A stretch of DNA of 64,000 nt from Haliotis rufescens (Eukaryota). Numbering within the stretch: the stretch's first letter is position 1; the number at the start of each line of letters is the position of its first letter. The notes beneath the pieces were generated by a model. That model saw only the letters and a list, made by a program, of their open reading frames with translations, did no database searches and was not told the origin of the DNA. This document shows positions 37,200 to 49,037 of this stretch, in pieces. The stretch lies in contig NW_025963890.1 of NCBI RefSeq assembly GCF_023055435.1, forward strand, positions 33,914,001-33,978,000, given 5' to 3'. The translations under genes and the position numbers were made by a program.

Positions 37200-37357
37200 G
37201 GCGAGTGCAGCACTGTCTGAGAGTGGCAGTGAGGTGAGGGAGAGGTTCAAGACACTGCCAGTGTTGGAGGTGGCAGGACTGGGGACATTCCGGAACCAGG
37301 TTGTGTTTGCCAAAGTCTCACCTGGTGATGCTCTTGATGACCTCACACATATACATG
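37200..37357 (+). CDS. AKAP7: AKAP7-like exon 5 (...LEVAGLGTFRNQVVFAKV...)
   Basis: cttgcag|...g|gtaggt, phase 2 to 1. Matches the AKAP7 GIGTFGNQV motif. Confidence 0.9.
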
Positions 37358-38111
37358 GTAGGTAGAGATTATCTCTCACTAAATTATGTACCTTGCAATG
37401 TGTCTAGCTTGAACCTTTCAAAGAAAAAAGCTAACTGCTTACCTCAGAATGATTTCCAAAGATTAGAATTTCGGTAAAATTAATCATTCTGTCCTGATAT
37501 AGTGAGCATGTTAGCCTATATGACACTCAATCATGTCCATTAGAAATGAGCCATATATTGGGTACACTAAATGTTCCAAGATCACAAGACTAGACAAGCT
37601 GGAGGCTCCATAATCTGTGCACAGTATGTTCAAATAAGATGTCCTAACATTTTGACATTAATCAAATTGATGTAATCTTGATAAGATCTAATCCTTATCA
37701 AGACAATGGCAAGCTCTCTATACGTGGGACATCTTGCCAATGGGATGACATAGACTACTGTCTGTACAGGAAAATGCTGCTTATATCATCACAGAATGAG
37801 AGAGCGCTCAAATTGCCTGGAGCAATATGCCAACTACAACACAAGCAAAGCAGACATCAGTGTTAATGAAGAGAACACCCATCATTGCTGAAGAAACACA
37901 ATCAATGAAACACTAAATAAGGAAGTTAGGTCATAGCTAAAAGTTTGTCTTTTTGGGGTTGTCTTTCACACAGAAACTGCCCCAACTATGCCATCATTGT
38001 TACCAACCTATCCTTTGGGGATGCCATGTTAGACAAGCACTGCAGTACATCTGTGTTGTAGTGTGGACCTTACAACAGTCATGTCCAAGTCAGCTGTAGT
38101 TTACTTTACAG

Positions 38112-38228
38112 GGTGTGTGACCGACAAGATGGCCGGCCATGGAGTAGTCTCCACGGAGACAAGGGGCCTCACTCCTCACATCACCATCATGAAGATGAGC
38201 ATGGCTAAGCCTGCCTTTAGGAGGTCAG
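38112..38228 (+). CDS. AKAP7: AKAP7-like exon 6 (...RGLTPHITIMKMS...), second HxT motif
   Basis: ttttactttacag|...g|gtcagt, phase 1 to 1. PHIT.MK.S resembles AKAP7 PHLTFMKLS. Confidence 0.92.
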
Positions 38229-38820
38229 GTCAGTTGTGTGTTCATTCTGCAAGTCTGCAACAGGTAACACAAGATTTACGTGTGTAGGGCAGTTCCAGCT
38301 TATTAAAAAATAAAATAATCTCAAAGTTATCCATCTGGACATAAAGTTTAATGTTTATATATTCAGTATTGCCCTGGAATGACAAAATAGCTTGTTTAAA
38401 CAAACTATTTGATATGAAATCAATCAATATCAAAGATTACAGTACATGTAAATAAAAATCCATTTTTTAGAAAGACTACTGGTATAAGAATGCTTAAGTC
38501 ATCTCAGATCATGCACCTTTGTTCTCGGACATCTTATGGAAAGGTTGAATGAACATGATAAATACTCAAATCATTGTTCTGTTCAAAGAAATGTAATATC
38601 TATTAAAGTGAGGTTTTGAGCATGACACCTTACATTATCAAATGAGGCACTTTTTAAATATTGTGACCCTAATCTCAGATATGTGCTAAACAGTTATTTC
38701 TGTGTTTGTTGAAGAATGTTTATAACCTATCAGACACGTAATATCAGTTTGAAGAAATCTTCATCTTGATATCTTTAATGCTGTTAATAGTCATGTTGAA
38801 TTTTGTCATTACTTTTTCAG

Positions 38821-38967
38821 TTGCCAAGAAAATTGACCTATCTTTGTACAGCAAGTTCAAGGACATGACCTTTGGCACAGAAACGGTACAGAGGCTGCAA
38901 TTATGTGCAATGTTGAAGCCCAAGGTCACATCTGGCTATTACCATGTAGCTCACGAAGTGTATTTAG
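38821..38967 (+). CDS. AKAP7: AKAP7-like exon 7 (VAKKIDLSLYSKFKDMTFGTETVQRLQLCAMLKPKVTSGYYHVAHEVYL)
   Basis: actttttcag|...g|gtagat. Matches AKAP7 VKKIDPDLY...FGEE...LCSMLK...GYYH. Confidence 0.93.
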
Positions 38968-39124
38968 GTAGATTGTGATTTACACGCCACAATAGGGAGT
39001 CATTTGCTGACACTTTTATATTTGGTTTGTTTATGGATTTGAATGACTGAGGTTAAAAGCCAGGGGCGCCATTGGTCCTCATGCCTCAGTTTGCTGAGTA
39101 GAGTTGTGTCCCTTTCTTGAACTT

Positions 39125-39630
39125 AAGGGGTCGTTGTCGGCACGGGTACTGCAGACATGTATCCCAGGTGTGTTTTTGTACCCTAGCAAAACTCAGAATA
39201 CAGAGAGGTACCTAGTACCCTAAACGACCGATGAGTCCATATTCCTGAACCATAAACTGAAAGCGGTTCATGTTGTAGTTCTGGTTCGCCTGAAGACGAG
39301 TGCACACTGGACAATGCTGTGCATGGTGGAATATAATATTAGAGTAATGTATGTACATCACTTTGTTGCTTGTTTCTTATATGACACTCTGGAATGCATC
39401 TCTAACAACAATATGACAGTTCAGATCCATTTATGGAAAGGATATACTGAGAGAAACATAAACAATGCGTACTGCCATGTTGAATCTTACCTCGGCTTGG
39501 CATCCAGGATGTTTTGTATACTTAAGCGTTCAAGAAACAGCCTGCGGTGGGATGGACTCATCTAAGGGTAACTTTCTGTATTCTGATTTTGGCTAGGGTA
39601 CATTTCTGTATTGGGTACAACCTCCCCTGA
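39125..39630. mobile_element. MITE-like element with ~60-70-bp imperfect inverted repeats in AKAP7 intron 7
   Basis: gtaccctagcaaaactcagaatacagagagg...gatgagtccat (39177-39240) is inverted at 39552-39601 (atggactcatc...ctttctgtattctgattttggctagggtac). Confidence 0.6.
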
Positions 39631-39918
39631 TTATGATCATTGATATATGAACGTTATGACCTTGATCCTGGACCAATTTAATGATCATCTACACCTGTGT
39701 GGGCTTTCTTCCCACAAGTGACTGAAATACTGTTCTAAGAGTTCTTTGGTTGGTTTCTTGTTTATTGTCGGACTCAGCAATATTCCAGCTAAATGCTGTG
39801 GCCTGTAAATATTTAAAACTGGGTTATATCCCCATTTTACACAGTTTATCACTATGCCAATATCTGATAAGCATGATAGATGCATTCAGTTCTGTATCTT
39901 GCACTGGTATTATTTCAG

Positions 39919-40166
39919 GACAAGGGGAGGTAACTCTTTCTGAGTTCAGTCGCTCTCTGGTCCAGTCGTCCATAGTATCAGCCATAGAGAGTGTGAAGCT
40001 GGATAGTGTCAAGTCCCAAACAGAAACACAAGTAAATTCACAGAACAGTAAAGGAAAGTTGGAACATAAACCTCAGAAAAAGAAACACAAGACTAAGAGA
40101 TCCAAAGAAAGCGGAAATGGTGGTTCTGTCTTAAAGCCAGGAAAGGCAGACTCCACTGTCAAATAG
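39919..40166 (+). CDS. AKAP7: AKAP7-like exon 8: PKA-RII-binding-type amphipathic helix (LSEFSRSLVQSSIVSAIESV) and basic tail
   Basis: tattatttcag|, phase 1. The helix aligns with AKAP7 [20 protein letters not shown]. Spliced CDS totals 2550 nt = 849 aa + stop. Confidence 0.85.
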
Positions 40167-40637
40167 AGCTTGGATGTGTCTGCTTGATGAGCACACACTG
40201 TCAGCCATGGTGGATGGGCTCGGTGTCCATACTCACGGTGTGGTGGTTACATACTTAACGACATTGCCACAAGGACTCACGGTCTCGCAAGTACGGCAGT
40301 CAGAATGACATGAGAGTTGATGGGAAGTATGTTGGTCTCAAGACCAGAAGAACATATATGTGGATAGATTTAGTGCTGTGCACAACCTGATCTCATTCAC
40401 AGATGTCACAAAGCATGATATCCAGTGTTTCATAGTGAGTTTGCATTAAAAGGGATGTTATCAAATGGAGTTTATGAGGTGTCAAGATAAACCCTCAGTT
40501 CCCTGCGTGAGAGGGGCAACCTATGCTCTCCCAACAAGACTTGCCATGAAATCACATGTTCACTTCCTTCCACCGTCATCTAAATCCAGTCTGCCAAACT
40601 CACTGTATATTTATCATGAGCATGTCTCCCAGAAATG

Positions 40638-40803
40638 TAGTGAGTGAGTGAGTGAGTATGGTTTTACTACGCCCCTTTAGCAGTATTCCAGCAATATCAT
40701 GGTTGGGACACCATCATACATTGTACCCATGTGACGTGGGGAATTGAACACAGGCCTTTGGCGTGACAAGTGAACGCTTTAACCACTAGGCTACCCACAT
40801 GCC
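40638..40803 (-). mobile_element. tRNA-derived SINE family C (Asp-like head)
   Basis: Reverse complement reads gggtagcctagtggttaaagcgttcacttgtcacgcc...tgttcaattcccc...gatattgctggaatactgctaaaggggcgt...(actc)n. Confidence 0.8.
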
Positions 40804-42417
40804 GCTATTCTATAATCTATTAATCTATATATAGTCTCTGAGTTCATCTTCTGAGGCAAAGGAGTCACCACTGACTTCCCAGACTAACTGGCATTACCGG
40901 ACAACATACAACACATGTACATGACCATCTTCAGTAGGCAAGAGAGTTAACTGACTATAAAAAGAACTACTTTGGAGGAATTTCGTGATTCGATTGTAGT
41001 GCCACCAGTGGCTATGTCCCTCATGTGTACCTCCTTTATCCAATCAGATTCTACCTCTCATGTCACTTGCATTTGCATCTCATCAATAATTAAGACCTAT
41101 TTTGTTATAAAAAACTGGTCTTATCTCGCGAAGACGCCCAGTTGAGGGTACACATGATTTGCAAATTCTGCAGTCGACCGAAATCTGCAGTTGAAATCTA
41201 TGTTGTTTACGAACCGGATGTCTCGTTCATTACACGTTTTTTATTGGACTATACTTAGACTCATTAATCCAGCCAAACTGGAACTCCGGAATTCCGCCCT
41301 GGTTCAGCAAGGATGGAAACTGGACTTTTATAGTAAGTTTACTCCCTTGCCTCGGGAAGATATGTTAAGTTATACAAAATTACAATGATTCTATAAAGTC
41401 ATCCTCATCCAAAAGCAGCCCCTTCACTACCACTATTTAAAGGACAAAGTAATCCTTCAAAAATAGCATGCATTTCAAGTTGGCCGATAAAACAAGTTTA
41501 AGTGCCCTGACTAAAGTGGTCACAGTGAAGACCCGGGGCGTTGCGCAGCAAATAGAAATGTAATCAAAACTTGTTACAGTACATTTTTATGTTTTAACAC
41601 TCTTGTCAAAGGACCGTACAAGATATCTGAAACAGAGATATCACAAAGACATTCCTACCACGCTCTGGCTATAACACATTGTACGTGTAGAACAGTTTGA
41701 TCATTCTGACCAACCCATATATCCTCAACAATTAATGAAACAAGCAAACACAACACTATCGAACCAGCACACCCACCACAAGTTCCACACTGGAAGCTGG
41801 GTCAACCTGTCATCAGGCGGAGGATCACTTAACAATAACAAACGACTGAAAGAACACACACTCTCTCTTTTTCAAAGGATTGTATTGTTTTATTTTGTAA
41901 CGTTTGCGAAGTGTAATGGCTTACTTTTTATGCTAGGTAGTAGATGCGCCACTACAACCTATACGGTTCTGCTCCAATAGCATCATTTTGAGCCCTTTTA
42001 TGTTTGGGAAACATGTTCGGTTTTGAATCAGCGAGTCCTGTGCCCTTCCATTGTATTGTATCACAGGTGGTTTGGACAAATACATGTCAAATGCAGTGTG
42101 ACAACTGAATGCTCTATTGCTTCTAGTTATGTACTGTTAATCGTGACATTGGTTGTGAGCACAAAGTGTCTCTTGCTCCATTAACATTTGACCCATTTTT
42201 TCCACACACATTTGAATATATTGTCATGTCAGATTCGCTGCACATGGCCGGAATCGATGACTGGCACAGTGTGTCTCGCCAAGTTCCGTGTTTACATAAG
42301 TTGATCAAGCTGTTCTGACAGTCGTCACCCATGTATGACATCGTCTGTGAAGAACAGTAACCTGACCGATAATCTGATGACTTGCTATTACAAGCAGAAC
42401 ACTGCTCACCTTGTAGT

Positions 42418-42592
42418 AGTGAGTTGGTGAGTTGTGTTTAACGCCGCTTTTAACAGTATTCCAGTTATATCACGGTGTGTCAGCTTAATGTGGGAGGAAA
42501 GCCCGAAGTGATGCAGGTCTCAAACGTTTACCACTTCGGTGAAACCCACGAGCATGGGTATGGTGTTGACGAACTTGAAACATAATCAGGGA
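42418..42592 (-). mobile_element. 5'-truncated SINE family B copy
   Basis: Reverse complement matches the 3' two-thirds of 33474-33733. Confidence 0.8.
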
Positions 42593-43665
42593 TAATACAT
42601 TTAAGCAAACATTACCAGACATGTTCAAACAAGCCTTTTTCTCCCTACATTTGCAATTTCTTTGCATTATGATGAGATGAAGTACAGGTAAGGTTAAAGT
42701 TAGAGAACATTGACAATTGTGCGACCTGTAAGATGTACACGTACATGTTTTTACAGTTAGGAGCTATGTTACTCTTAGAGATTATGGTGCAAAAACACAG
42801 TTTGTTTGTCTGCATTCTAAAAGGATAAATGTAATGTAGCAGGATATGCAACAAGTATGTGGTTTTCGGAAAGACATGTGTTTTGTTCTTTGTTATATTT
42901 AATGTTTAATTCAGCTTATGACCTTTGACTTTCATTACCCCCATTTTCCTGGTATTAGCGCAGTTTTACCTCCTCTCCTCTCGCTCTCTCTCTCAATGTG
43001 TTATGACGTCACGAAACTATGGCCTGAAGGAGGAAACGCTCATCAATTATATAAGGACATGGCTCCATTATGACAGGCTCCGCCATCATGCATGATAGAA
43101 GAACTTCAAGTTAAGACGAGAGATATTATTGGATGAAATGGTCGCGGATGTGGAGGTACTGGTGGACTGCAGCAATGAGCTTAACCCCTGTTAAGCAACC
43201 CCAACTGCAGCAACCGTTGCCAAGCAACCCATGTTGCTTACCAATGCAGCGCCTGCTGCCCTGCAACTACCGTTGCCAAGCAACCCATATTGCTTACCAA
43301 TGCAGCGCCTGCTGCCCTGCAACTACCGTTGCCAAGCAACCCATGTTGCTATGCAGCTATCGCTGCCAGGCAAGTACCATTGCCAAACCATGAGCGAGGG
43401 CAACTATTGTTGCCAAGCTGACCATCCGCTGTAAAGCGGACACTAAGCCATCTGCTGTAAAGCAGAATGGATAAATTGGTTCCTGCTGTAAAGCGGGCAA
43501 TCCTATCCTAAATAATTTATAATATGGGATGTATCCCAAGACGCCAAATGTAACTTGTAATGCAGTCCACCAGCACCCCGCCACAAGCACCAAGGTGCTT
43601 CCCCACAACCACGACCATTCGCGGTCATGTACACCCACCGTGTTATCCTATACTGAAAATGTTTC

Positions 43666-44214
43666 CTACAAGCATACTGCGGAAAGGGAGCTGCCAATGT
43701 TTTGTGTGAATAGATCAAGTCCGGCCGGTGACAAATGAACCCCGTCACGCAGGTACAGTTGCTGCTCCTGCCGGTTGAACACTGTGTGGGGAACCCGTAT
43801 CCCCCCAAGCTCACGGGCCCTGTTCCCCTCTCGTCTGTTCAGCTTCTGCCTGGACCCGTCCAGGTTCCGGGCACGGCTGGCTACATGCCAGTACCTCCGT
43901 GGTAGCATGTCTGACCACAGAATGACAGCACCAGGTAGGAGGAGGTGTATCCTCAGGAGTGGCAGCTTGATCTCATGATATAGCTGACATGTGGTTACCT
44001 TACCCAGGTCGTTCGAACCAAGGTGAATCACCACCGCCTTTGGTGGTGTCTGCATTGCTTTGACCTGGGCATCTATCAGCTTGGTCAGCTCCTCCCACCT
44101 CATGCCGCCCCTTGCCAACCAGAGACATCCCCCTGGAATACCGAAGTCACTGTCCTGTAGGTGCTCTCTCGCCCGGGTCAGGAAGCTGGACCCAACCAAC
44201 CATACTGAAAACAT
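43666..44214 (-). CDS. SGNH/GDSL-type hydrolase ORF of the Ngaro element (intact frame)
   Basis: VWLVGSS (block I), RGG (II), HLGSND (III), DGVHLS (V). Confidence 0.88.
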   Translation of the reverse strand: MFSVWLVGSSFLTRAREHLQDSDFGIPGGCLWLARGGMRWEELTKLIDAQVKAMQTPPKAVVIHLGSNDLGKVTTCQLYHEIKLPLLRIHLLLPGAVILWSDMLPRRYWHVASRARNLDGSRQKLNRREGNRARELGGIRVPHTVFNRQEQQLYLRDGVHLSPAGLDLFTQNIGSSLSAVCL

Positions 44215-44254
44215 GAATCAATAGGAAGAAAACTGTTCTTGCATAGTTGGCAAT

Positions 44255-45231
44255 TTAAATGTTTGCAGGTATGCGTATATAGCTTTTATAACATTCTGAC
44301 CCCCACCTACCGAAGTGCTGTATCAAATCTGAACTACCGGCTGCTGTCGTTGCTGCGCCAATCCTGAAGGAATACGAAGAGTATGCTGCTGTGCAGATAC
44401 CGCTATGCGCCAGTGCTCTTTTTAGCACGGCCTGAAATTGATACCTGGTCAGGGGAGATTTATCAAAGTGTACGAAAGCTTGAGTCTGACCCTGTGATCG
44501 AACTGTTAGCTATATAGGTATGCTTTAACTGCAGCCACTGGACACAGATTGTGGCCAGGTATGGCGGAAATGGAAACAACTATGCCATGTGACTGCCTGT
44601 CCGTTTTTGAATGCCTTAGAGCGACTGTTACTGTCTTAGTCGTCTCTTGGACTTCTAGGTCTAAGAAAGTGCACCCTGGCTGAGAAAGTTTGGTTTGCAC
44701 GAGTTCACTCACCCGAAAGAAACCAAAGAAGGCCAAGCAATATACTGCTTTCAACAATCTTACTTCATAGGTAGAAGAGCAGACAAATTGCAGGTTGTTT
44801 ACAATTACTTTGAGCAGGTCTCTTGTTATTGGTTTCCTGTGATCCTGCCTCCCCTGACACTTTTGCATCCCGGTAATCATTTTAGAAATAACAAAGTGGC
44901 CGGTGCGGTCTTCCATGCTGTGTAGCCTATGGTACGTTGAGATACCGGCCATATACCTTCTTAGCGTACTCGGTGCATGTCCTGACACTGACAGGTGAGC
45001 AATGAAATGTACCAGATGAGTGGTTGGAACTGGCCAGACTTCTCCCAGGTTTTGTGATGCCCTGAATGCTTGCAACGCTTGGGTTCCTGCCTGGTAAGTT
45101 GCCCACGTGTTTGCCGCCAATGATCGCTGAAGGAGCCTCTCTGCCTCGATTGTTAGCCCTGCCAGAGATTGTCTGGAAGTGGTGTGGGATGCAGGTTGGC
45201 TGATGGAGCTGCATTGCGGAATCGTTCCCAC
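44255..45231 (-). pseudogene. Tyrosine recombinase of the Ngaro element (frameshift near 44510)
   Basis: AFFGFFRVSEL, HSKTD and LCPV. The continuation frame reads YSFRIGAATTAA...GRWGSECYKSYIR (HxxR His changed to Tyr). Confidence 0.88.
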
Positions 45232-46813
45232 TGAAATCTCGACAGTGCATCCTCAATAATATTGTCCTGTGTTGTTATATATCTGGCCTTGAATAAAATG
45301 TTGTGTTTGAGGCACTGCAGCACTAGCTGCCTAATCAGTGACATGATTCTGGGTGCCTTTGAAGACTGTTTATTTATTATTGACACTACAGCTTGGTTAT
45401 CACAAAAGAAAAGTACTTTCCTGTTAGCAAAGGCTGTCCCCTACAGACAAACTGACAGCACAATCGGAAACAACTCCAGCAGTGTCATGTCACGAGTCGA
45501 GCCGTCCTCCACCCACTTACGGGGCCAGAGCCCGTTTGCCCAGTTCCCGTTATAGTATGCGCTGAACCCCACAGTGCTGGCTGCGTCAGTAAACAGCTGC
45601 AGACATGTATTGTCAGCACACTTTTGGTTCTGAAAAACCGACACACCGTTAAATTCCCCCAAGAACCCGAGCCAAACCTCTAGGTCCTCCCGAACTCCCC
45701 GCGTGATGCGAACACGGTGTGCTTGATGACTTACCTTTGTATAGGCATCAATCAGTCTGCGGCAAAACGGTCTACCCACAGGTATTGCCCGGCACATGAA
45801 ATTTAGCTTACCCACCAGAGACTGCCAAGCTTTACGGGTCACTTTGTGCTTACCTGAGGCCAGCATATCGTGTATGATTGCGTTGATATTTACAATCTTT
45901 TCCTGTGGTATTCTAACCTGCATCCTGAGTGTGTCGATTTCAAGACCTAGGAATGTTAAGCAGGATGCAGGACCTACTGTCTTCTCATGTGCTACGGGTA
46001 CGCCCAGCTCCTGGAAAGTACTGAGACATGTATCAAGGTTGTCACCACAATCTTTCGTTCCTGCAGTTCCGCCTGTGATAAAATCATCAAGGTAATGCAT
46101 GAGTTGGCCGTTAGGCAACTTTTGCTGGACACACCATTGCAAAAAGGTGCTGAATTTTTCAAACACTGAGCATGATATGAAACAGCCAAACGGCAAGCAT
46201 TTATCAAAGTAGTATTTACCTTGAAAGCACAAGCCTAGCAACTCAAAGTCCTGAGGGTGTACCGGCATAATCCTGAAAGCCGATTTCACATCAAATTTTG
46301 CAAGTAGAGCAAGTAGAGAGTTGGACCAAGTTGCTGTACCATACTGACAGCCTCGTCGAACCGTGCACATGACACGGAGCATGCTTCGCTGTCTATGTTG
46401 TCGTTGATTGATCTGCCTTGAGGATAAGAAAGGTGGTGTATTAAACGAAAATCGTCTGTCCCAAGCAAGGACTGACTCTAACCCGTTTGCTTTTTGGGTA
46501 CGAGACCGATGGGTGAAACTTGTAGGTTCAGCAGGGGCCGCGTTTCGAAAGGACCTGCCACCCTACCTAATTTTACTTCCTTTTTCAATTTGGCAGCTAC
46601 TATCTCTTGTAAAATGGGATCCCTGGCTGAGCATAGATTGTCAGACCAACGACTTAGGCGTGCCCCACTATATTCCAGTTGAAAACCTGATTCCAAACCT
46701 TGTAATAAATAAATGGCATGGGCATGGTTAGAATGCTTGTACAGTTGCAAATGTCGCTGTAATCTAGTGAGTATGAGTGGAGTTGGGGCCAGTGCCTTTA
46801 GCATGGGTTGCAT
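45153..46813 (-). pseudogene. Reverse transcriptase-RNase H of the Ngaro element (frameshifts)
   Basis: SPIGLVPKK, FRLIHHLSYP, AKFDVKSAFR, LPFG, HYLDDF, LFTDAAS, LELFPI, N..EDALSR. Confidence 0.92.
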
Positions 46814-47586
46814 GGGTTGTTTAGTTGTTTGGAGGGTCTACGACCCCCCTTTGCGCGAAAGCAAGAATAGGCGGGATGTTGTTCGCCACAATTGGAGCAT
46901 TTATGAATAAACTTGCATTCTGGCCTGGCGCACCTTGACCTGTTGTAGTCCCAGCATGCGTTGACTGTAAAGTCACAGCCCCTCCTGAAAGGCACTGTAA
47001 AGCATTCAGTCTTATTTTCTTGAACACGGGACATAGTCGGTGTCATGTGCTTCAACCACAATTCACTGTCTATCTTGCCCCACTCCCGAATTGTGTCTCA
47101 TGCCATACGGTGTCGGAATTGCTGGTCGTAGTTTGACCAGCCAAAACCCCCGGAGCGGACTGCGGCATTACGGATTGTTTCCATGTATGCCAACATGCCC
47201 TGTATGGTGGACTAACAAAAAAAATTCACCACGTAAATGCTCATATATATGTGGAAAGCTGACGTCCATTGACCAATGCTTAGTGCCCTGGCGTTAGCCG
47301 GCTTGGCCGGCGAGAATCGCAGATTACCCGACGAATCCATCTGCATCTTAAATGCATCGTCATCGTCATGCGACTGTGCGCCTGGCAACAATGTAGTCAA
47401 CTCCACAAACTCCCCTCTCCATACTCTCTCCCGTACAACTTGACGGACGTGAGCGCTGATAGCATCCGCCTGGAAGGTCAGGGATTCCCCTGTTCCCTGA
47501 TTGGTTGACCGGGCTCCTGACCCGTGGTGTGACGTCACGGGAAACTCCCGGCTCGCCCGAGTGTGCACTGCTAAATGACAACACAT
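46798..47586 (-). pseudogene. Gag-like ORF with C-terminal zinc-finger motifs
   Basis: VRERVWRGEFVELTTLL, W.SAF.IY and CWDYNRSRCARPECKFIHKCSNCGEQHPAYSC. Confidence 0.8.
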
Positions 47587-49037
47587 CGGGATTTCTTGAC
47601 ACCACCGACCCCGTTACCCCCAGATCATTTGTACTTGCCCTATGGCGGCGGATAGTGATAACGCTGTTTTCTTGTTATCTATGACGTGTACCGGTTAAGA
47701 TGTAGAAAGTGGAGCTTGTTGTCCTCTTCGCTTGGGAGGCTCACACTGAACGTCAGTTGGACGTTTCTGAATCCTTGAAGACAGACTGAAGGTAGAATAT
47801 TCTGGAACCTCTGGTTAGTAGACCAGACAATCTCTTTTTGGATGGTGTGTAGTCTACCACTGAAGAATTGTGGACCTGTGATAGACTTCGACAACATATT
47901 ACTCCTCAGCATGGCTGGAAGGCGCTGAAGTATCTGCTGAATGAGGTGGTAGCGCTACATGAAAAGAAACACTTGAGCTGACTGGAGATCTTCCTGGATC
48001 TTGAAGATATGGTCCAAGAAGCTGTACGCCAAGTTCTACTGTTCCACTATCATATTGACTCGGAGTCCAAGGGTTGACCAGCAAGGTGATTGATCGGAGG
48101 GATGACACAGTCTAATGTCACGAACCAATTGATGTAGGCATTGATGCTCATCATCTGTTTGTTGACAGTATCAAGCTCCTTGAACTTGCCCATGTCAATT
48201 CGAGACTTGGTCGTCGGATTTCTTACTATCTCGTGATATGTTCGTCTATGATAGGATGCAGCTGCAAGGGACAATTGAGGGTTTTGTAGATGCTCTTGCT
48301 GATCAGAGGCAGGTGAGTCTAACATTTTTATCTGTGGGTGTATTCACTGACCTATTTATCCTTTTCGTTATGTTGTTAGTATACGAGGGAAGGGTAGAGT
48401 GCTGATTTCTTCCGCCTTAACACGCACGCCCAATCGAAGGCTTGCTCAGCTGTTCTTCCTTGTTAGTAGACTGTAACACAGGGATAAAGTTGTACCATTC
48501 CTGAAGGATATCCTTGACCGTATAGTTGTCATGCTTGATCGCTTCCTCCTGAACAGATTCAGCATCGTAGGAAAAGACTTGGGTTGCACAGTCGCACACC
48601 CAAGACCAACAGTGCTGTGGTGAGCCATTGTGATGAGGTGGCGAACTGCCTTGGAATCCCACCTGCGACTTGAGCTGCACGAGGCACCTGCCGGAGGCTG
48701 GCCTAGAATTGTCTCAGTGGTAAATCAAATGGCACAAACATAATGTGAAAGGACACGTCTGCTAGGCTTTGCAACAGGATTTATTTACTCGTCTAGAATC
48801 ATGTTGTTATTGTGTAGATAACTCGGAGGAGATTGATATCTGTCCTTATTATCTCTGTGATGAGACACAGTTTTATTTACGTTACACGTGGAAAGGCAGT
48901 GACTCGTGAAGCTTACATGTGACATTCCTATTGTCATGAGTGTTTACCGACTCAGCCTGACTAGATTAATGGTGTTCCCTGGTTGACGATGCCCTGTGTA
49001 ATATGATTTATCCTTCGATTTTGATTTATCAATATCT

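Larger units (their letters stand above)
42990..47670 (-). mobile_element. Ngaro-type tyrosine-recombinase retrotransposon (gag-ZnF, RT/RNase H, YR, SGNH hydrolase), frameshifted
   Basis: Domain order and motifs listed in the sub-features; no methyltransferase domain; boundaries approximate. Confidence 0.88.

Noticed and set aside
35348-37379. Cys/His-rich 'metallothionein-like' ORFs (CHVVCHVECHVCQ)
   Set aside because: Translations of an intronic minisatellite in several frames on both strands.
39225-39300. Hammerhead ribozyme (gatgagtcc...gaaa)
   Set aside because: The core reads CCGATGA rather than CTGATGA and no stems close the GAAA; the sequence is explained as a MITE inverted arm.
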